64,000 bases of DNA from NCBI GenBank assembly GCA_963693055.1, contig OY843751.1:3808001-3872000 (forward strand). Direction: 5' to 3'. A program made the position numbers and the translations under genes. Positions 60,027-64,000 of this stretch are shown one piece after another. The notes beneath the pieces were generated by a model. The model did not search any database. It saw nothing but the letters and a program-made list of their open reading frames with translations, and was not told the origin of the DNA. Source of the stretch: a bacterium. Lineage in GTDB: Bacteria > Zhuqueibacterota > Zhuqueibacteria > Residuimicrobiales > Krinioviventaceae. How positions within the stretch are numbered: position 1 is the stretch's first letter; each line of letters opens with the position of its first letter.

Positions 60027-60150
60027 GATTTGTTTTATCTCAAACATCTCATCTCAAATATATCACTGTTTTAGTATTGCGTTACATCTTTTTTTTCTGT
60101 ATTTTATTTGAAATTTTTTCTCACAAAGATGAATTCTATTCAGAGATTGT

Positions 60151-61077
60151 ATGCAAAAAGATCAAAAATGGGGTTTTATCGTTAATCCGGTAGCGGGAAA
60201 TGGGCTTGCAAAAACCTATCTGCCAGTTATTGAAAAACACGCAAAAACCAGAAACCTGAATTATGATATTGTTTTAACAGAATATCACAATCATGCAGTG
60301 GAACTTGCGCATGATTTTGCCGTAAAAGGTTACAAGTACATCATTGCAGTGGGTGGTGACGGCACAATTCATGAAGCTGCAACAGGTTTGCTGCAGCATG
60401 ATCATGATGCAACGTTAGGTGCCATTCCGGCAGGATCAGGTAACGATATTATCCCCATGCTGGGCTTCCCACATCATTTTACAGACAAAGATTGGGATGT
60501 GTTCTTTAATTGCAATACTGTGCATTCTGATGTGGGTGTTTGTAATGGACACTATTTTGTTAATGGGATGGGTCTGGGTATAGATGCTCAGATAGCCGTT
60601 TCGAAAACACAAGCAGAAGAGGATATTAATAAAAAGCACACATCTTATTTCAGTCATATAATTAAAACAATTTTGTCATTTAAAGAAGAACCCTTTACCC
60701 TTATTTTAGGGGAAGAAGAAACCAATGTACACTGTTTAATATATACCATAGGAAACGGCAGACGTTTTGGTGGTGGATATTATTTGACACCTGAAGCTAT
60801 AGCTAACGACAGTACCTTTGACATTTGTTTTGCAGATAAATTATCTATTTTGGAAAGAATTTTATTATTGGCCAAAGTGCCAAGTGGTACACATATAAAA
60901 AATAAAAAAGTAATGTATTCACAAGCGGACCGAATATTGCTGCAATTTAATACAAAAGTGCCTTATCATCTGGATGGAGAAATTTATTACGATGAACAAT
61001 TCATTGTCAATATTCTCCCCAAAAAATTAAAGCTCTTGTACAATCCTGAAGGAGATCACTATTTTGGCAGCAACTGA
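60151..61077 (+). CDS. Diacylglycerol kinase family lipid kinase (YegS/BmrU-like)
   Basis: VNPVAG, VGGDGTIHE, PAGSGND, GLGIDA, NGRRFGGG, HLDGE. Confidence 0.92.
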   Translation: MQKDQKWGFIVNPVAGNGLAKTYLPVIEKHAKTRNLNYDIVLTEYHNHAVELAHDFAVKGYKYIIAVGGDGTIHEAATGLLQHDHDATLGAIPAGSGNDIIPMLGFPHHFTDKDWDVFFNCNTVHSDVGVCNGHYFVNGMGLGIDAQIAVSKTQAEEDINKKHTSYFSHIIKTILSFKEEPFTLILGEEETNVHCLIYTIGNGRRFGGGYYLTPEAIANDSTFDICFADKLSILERILLLAKVPSGTHIKNKKVMYSQADRILLQFNTKVPYHLDGEIYYDEQFIVNILPKKLKLLYNPEGDHYFGSN

Positions 61078-61729
61078 TAAAAATTATATAGCGCTTTTTG
61101 ATCTGGATCATACAATATTAAACGACAGTAGTGGAAAGATCTTGGCTTTGCAAGCCTTAAAAAAAGACATATTGAAACGAAGAGACATAATGGAAGGACT
61201 GTTTCTATCTTTTTTGTATAAACTGGGTTTAATGGATGGAGACAAGATCCTTGCACGCATGTCACATTGGATGCATGGCATGTCTGAAAAATGGATCAAC
61301 AATTTCATTGATGAAATGATGAACATGGCCATGAAACCCGCGATACGTGATAATGCCCTTCGCGAGATTGAATATCATTTAAAGAATAATGCACTGACAG
61401 TTATCTTGTCGGCATCTGTTACACATATATGTAAACCTATTCAAGATCACTTGGGAATGGATGATATTATATGTTCAACCCTTGAAGTTTCCGATGGAAA
61501 ATTTACAGGAACTACCGTTGGTCCCTATTGCTATGGCATAGAAAAATTGAATCGTGCTTTTGATTATTGCAAAAACCACGGTTTTGCACTGGATAATGCA
61601 TGGTTTTATACGGATTCTGTTTCTGACCTGCCCATGTTAGAGGCGGTTGGAAATCCTATCTGTGTTACTCCGGACAGAAAGTTGCAAAACATTGCCCGGG
61701 AAAAAGGATGGCCCATTAACTGGTGGTAA
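61064..61729 (+). CDS. HAD-IB family hydrolase
   Basis: ALFDLDHTI, LSAS, GIEK, YTDSVSDLPMLEAVGNP. Confidence 0.9.
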   Translation: MAATDKNYIALFDLDHTILNDSSGKILALQALKKDILKRRDIMEGLFLSFLYKLGLMDGDKILARMSHWMHGMSEKWINNFIDEMMNMAMKPAIRDNALREIEYHLKNNALTVILSASVTHICKPIQDHLGMDDIICSTLEVSDGKFTGTTVGPYCYGIEKLNRAFDYCKNHGFALDNAWFYTDSVSDLPMLEAVGNPICVTPDRKLQNIAREKGWPINWW

Positions 61730-61747
61730 TCTTGATTAGGGGGATAA

Positions 61748-61981
61748 TTGTCTGCGTTAACACATTTTTTAAAATTATTCTTGTACATTCCTGAAATATT
61801 GCTGTTTTTTATGGCAGGAATTTTCATTCTTAAAACCGGCAGTTTTACAAATCCTTTTATTTATAAAAAACAGGTATATGGACCCATGTCATATATAGTT
61901 GCTGCTATATTGTTAATGCTAGCTATTTTGTACCTGATAGGATTTGTAATGGCGTTTAAATATTCTCTTCAAAATTATTAA
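61748..61981 (+). CDS. Small 2-TM hypothetical protein
   Basis: Hydrophobic segments flanking KTGSFTNPF; GGGG RBS-like site upstream; similar to the next ORF. Confidence 0.55.
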   Translation: MSALTHFLKLFLYIPEILLFFMAGIFILKTGSFTNPFIYKKQVYGPMSYIVAAILLMLAILYLIGFVMAFKYSLQNY

Positions 61982-62254
61982 TTGATTACCATATTGGGTA
62001 TACCCGTGTTTAATTCAACTTTTTTTCCACACTATATACTATTCCTAGGATTTGTATTTACAACATTTAACAGCATATTCATATTTAAAACCGGCTGCTT
62101 TACCCACCCCCTTGACCGCAAAAAAAACATAGAAGGCTTGCCCGCATATTTAGCGGCCGTTTTTTTACTGGTCTTTGGTTTATGGTGTCTGGCTACTCTC
62201 CTTCTTGCATCGAACATGAGCATATCAAGTCTTGCCAGATATTTCCAGCGTTAA
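61982..62254 (+). CDS. Small 2-TM hypothetical protein, paralog of the previous ORF
   Basis: FKTGCFTHPL...KNIEGLPAYLAAVFLL aligns with LKTGSFTNPF...KQVYGPMSYIVAAILL. Confidence 0.55.
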   Translation: MITILGIPVFNSTFFPHYILFLGFVFTTFNSIFIFKTGCFTHPLDRKKNIEGLPAYLAAVFLLVFGLWCLATLLLASNMSISSLARYFQR

Positions 62255-62347
62255 TTTATAATCATGAGAAGAAATAAATATTGACCCAATACCATAAATT
62301 ATTATATTTATATAGGGAGATTCATATCAAATACTAAGGGGATTCTC

Positions 62348-64000
62348 ATGAGAAAATGGTACGTGACATTCTGTATTCATCTTTGCATCTTGCTCAATTC
62401 TTTTGCTGCCACTCTAACCGTACCCGATGATTTGGAAACCATTCAAAGCGCCATTGATTCATCCAGTATTGGGGATACAATAGTGGTTAAACCGGGGAAT
62501 TATTATGAAAATCTGGCAATAATCAATAAAAATATAAAACTCTTTTCATTGTACGAGATAGACGGTGATACAGCCCATATCAGCAATACAATCATTGATG
62601 GGGGAAATACAAATTCAGTAATTTCCATCCAATCCGGGATCGATACTACTTGTATAATATCGGGTTTGACTATTACAAATGGATATCACTGGAGCGCGGG
62701 TGCCGGTATCAATCTGGTGAATGCCAGCCCTGTTATTAGAAATTGTATTTTGACAAACAATGGTGATGATTCTGACACCAACCCAACAGGCATTGGTGGA
62801 ATATCTTGTTATCTGGCGAATCCTCAAATTCAATCTCTGAAAATCACTCAAAATTACGGATCAGGGCTTACGGCAGTATACTCGAAACCTATAGTAACAG
62901 ATTGCATCATCTCTAAAAATGTGGGCAGTGGAATAAATTTGTCAGGAACTTCACAACTTACATGCTCAAAAACAATTATTGCAAATAACAAGGGCTTGAG
63001 AGGTGGAGGGATTTACAGTACAAATTCAACAATGAGGCTGGACAATACTACAATTTGCAATAATGCAGCCAGTTATGGTGGAGGTATGTTTTTCACAGAG
63101 GATGCAAACATTGAATCATCAAACAATGTCAATATTTATCTCAATAAAGCCTATTCCGATGGTAATGATCTGTTAGTATGGCAGTCCTCAATTTACGATA
63201 CAGTTATTACCCCGATTGAAATCAATATTGATACTTTTACAGTCAAAAATCCGGATGATTACTTTATAGCACCCAATTATGGATTTACTTTAAATATTAA
63301 AAATGAAAAAGTAGAAAAAGTCAATCATGACCTGTATGTTTCTCCAAATGGCAGCAATATAAATTCAGGACAAGATGCAGACCATGCATTAAAAAGTTTG
63401 GAATTCGCTCTGTTAAAAACCAATGCAGATAGCCTGAATCCGCAAACCATTTATTTGTCATCAGGAAAATACAGCAGTTCAACAACAGGAGAACAATTTC
63501 CTGTCAGATTACGCTCATATGTAACACTTGAAGGAGAATCAGATTCTACAACAATTCTGGATATTGAAAACCAATGGGAAACTGGAATTGTAGCTATTAA
63601 TTGTGATTCCATCAGTATCTCGAATATGACAGTGCAAAATGGCTTTGAACATGGGGGAATATCTATTAAAGGATCATCTATCAAGATGAACAATCTACTT
63701 GTTCAAAACAATACTGGTCATACAGGTGGCGGCATTTATTTTGTAAACAGCCATCTGGAGGTTAAAGATTTAGTATTGATGAATAATAGTAGAGTCGTTA
63801 CCGGCTGCGGAGGTATAAAAATAGATAATTGTACCGGGTATTTAAAGAACATTTTGTTTGATTCAAATGTTGGCGGTAACCAAAATGAAGAAGGTGGCGG
63901 CATGGCAGTCTTTAATTCTGCTATGAAAATGGACAGTCTTGAATTCATCAATAACATTAGCGGCACCAATGGTGGTGGTATTTATATGTATGATTCAGAT
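62348..64000 (+). CDS. Secreted right-handed beta-helix (pectin-lyase-like / DUF1565) protein, runs off the window
   Basis: Not in the ORF track; translated manually. MRKWYV signal, VPDDLETIQSAID...GDTIVVKPGNYYEN, TIIDGG, N...GGGI repeats, LYVSPNGSN...GEQFP. Confidence 0.85.
   Translation, partial: MRKWYVTFCIHLCILLNSFAATLTVPDDLETIQSAIDSSSIGDTIVVKPGNYYENLAIINKNIKLFSLYEIDGDTAHISNTIIDGGNTNSVISIQSGIDTTCIISGLTITNGYHWSAGAGINLVNASPVIRNCILTNNGDDSDTNPTGIGGISCYLANPQIQSLKITQNYGSGLTAVYSKPIVTDCIISKNVGSGINLSGTSQLTCSKTIIANNKGLRGGGIYSTNSTMRLDNTTICNNAASYGGGMFFTEDANIESSNNVNIYLNKAYSDGNDLLVWQSSIYDTVITPIEINIDTFTVKNPDDYFIAPNYGFTLNIKNEKVEKVNHDLYVSPNGSNINSGQDADHALKSLEFALLKTNADSLNPQTIYLSSGKYSSSTTGEQFPVRLRSYVTLEGESDSTTILDIENQWETGIVAINCDSISISNMTVQNGFEHGGISIKGSSIKMNNLLVQNNTGHTGGGIYFVNSHLEVKDLVLMNNSRVVTGCGGIKIDNCTGYLKNILFDSNVGGNQNEEGGGMAVFNSAMKMDSLEFINNISGTNGGGIYMYDSD

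Overview
This AT-rich bacterial chromosomal window has T9SS-style 'YPNPFNP' C-terminal domains, a GWxTD protein and lapA/lapB, which suggest an FCB-group lineage such as KSB1, Calditrichota or Ignavibacteria (inference). Layout from left to right: (1) 1-13.3 kb, a minus-strand housekeeping run (GT2, accA, HNH, scpA-scpB-rluB-cmk-ispH-rpsA, lapA-lapB, TPR/SPOR, M1 peptidase); (2) a large secreted protein, a two-gene restriction islet (fused REase-MTase-TRD plus HNH nuclease) and a TPR-GWxTD protein; (3) 25-33.4 kb, a six-gene redox operon with a His-rich membrane protein, three multiheme cytochromes (20+28+10 CxxCH), a beta-barrel and a permuted Fe-S flavoprotein; (4) 34-43.5 kb, an accessory region downstream of tRNA-His/tRNA-Glu; (5) a CsgG-like/TPR/barrel/LamG operon, K+ channel, alginate-lyase-family gene, two paralogous response regulators, carbohydrate enzymes, a complete IS4-family element and lipid enzymes. 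The most unusual feature is in (4): seven ~120-bp units of degenerate tRNA-Glu plus a terminator hairpin, with further decayed units (one clear at 38.3 kb, one weak at 36.0 kb) between unrelated gene cassettes. One cassette encodes a 4TM protein, a trypsin-like protease and a stand-alone prodomain-like protein. All protein calls come from motif recognition by eye; no searches were run.
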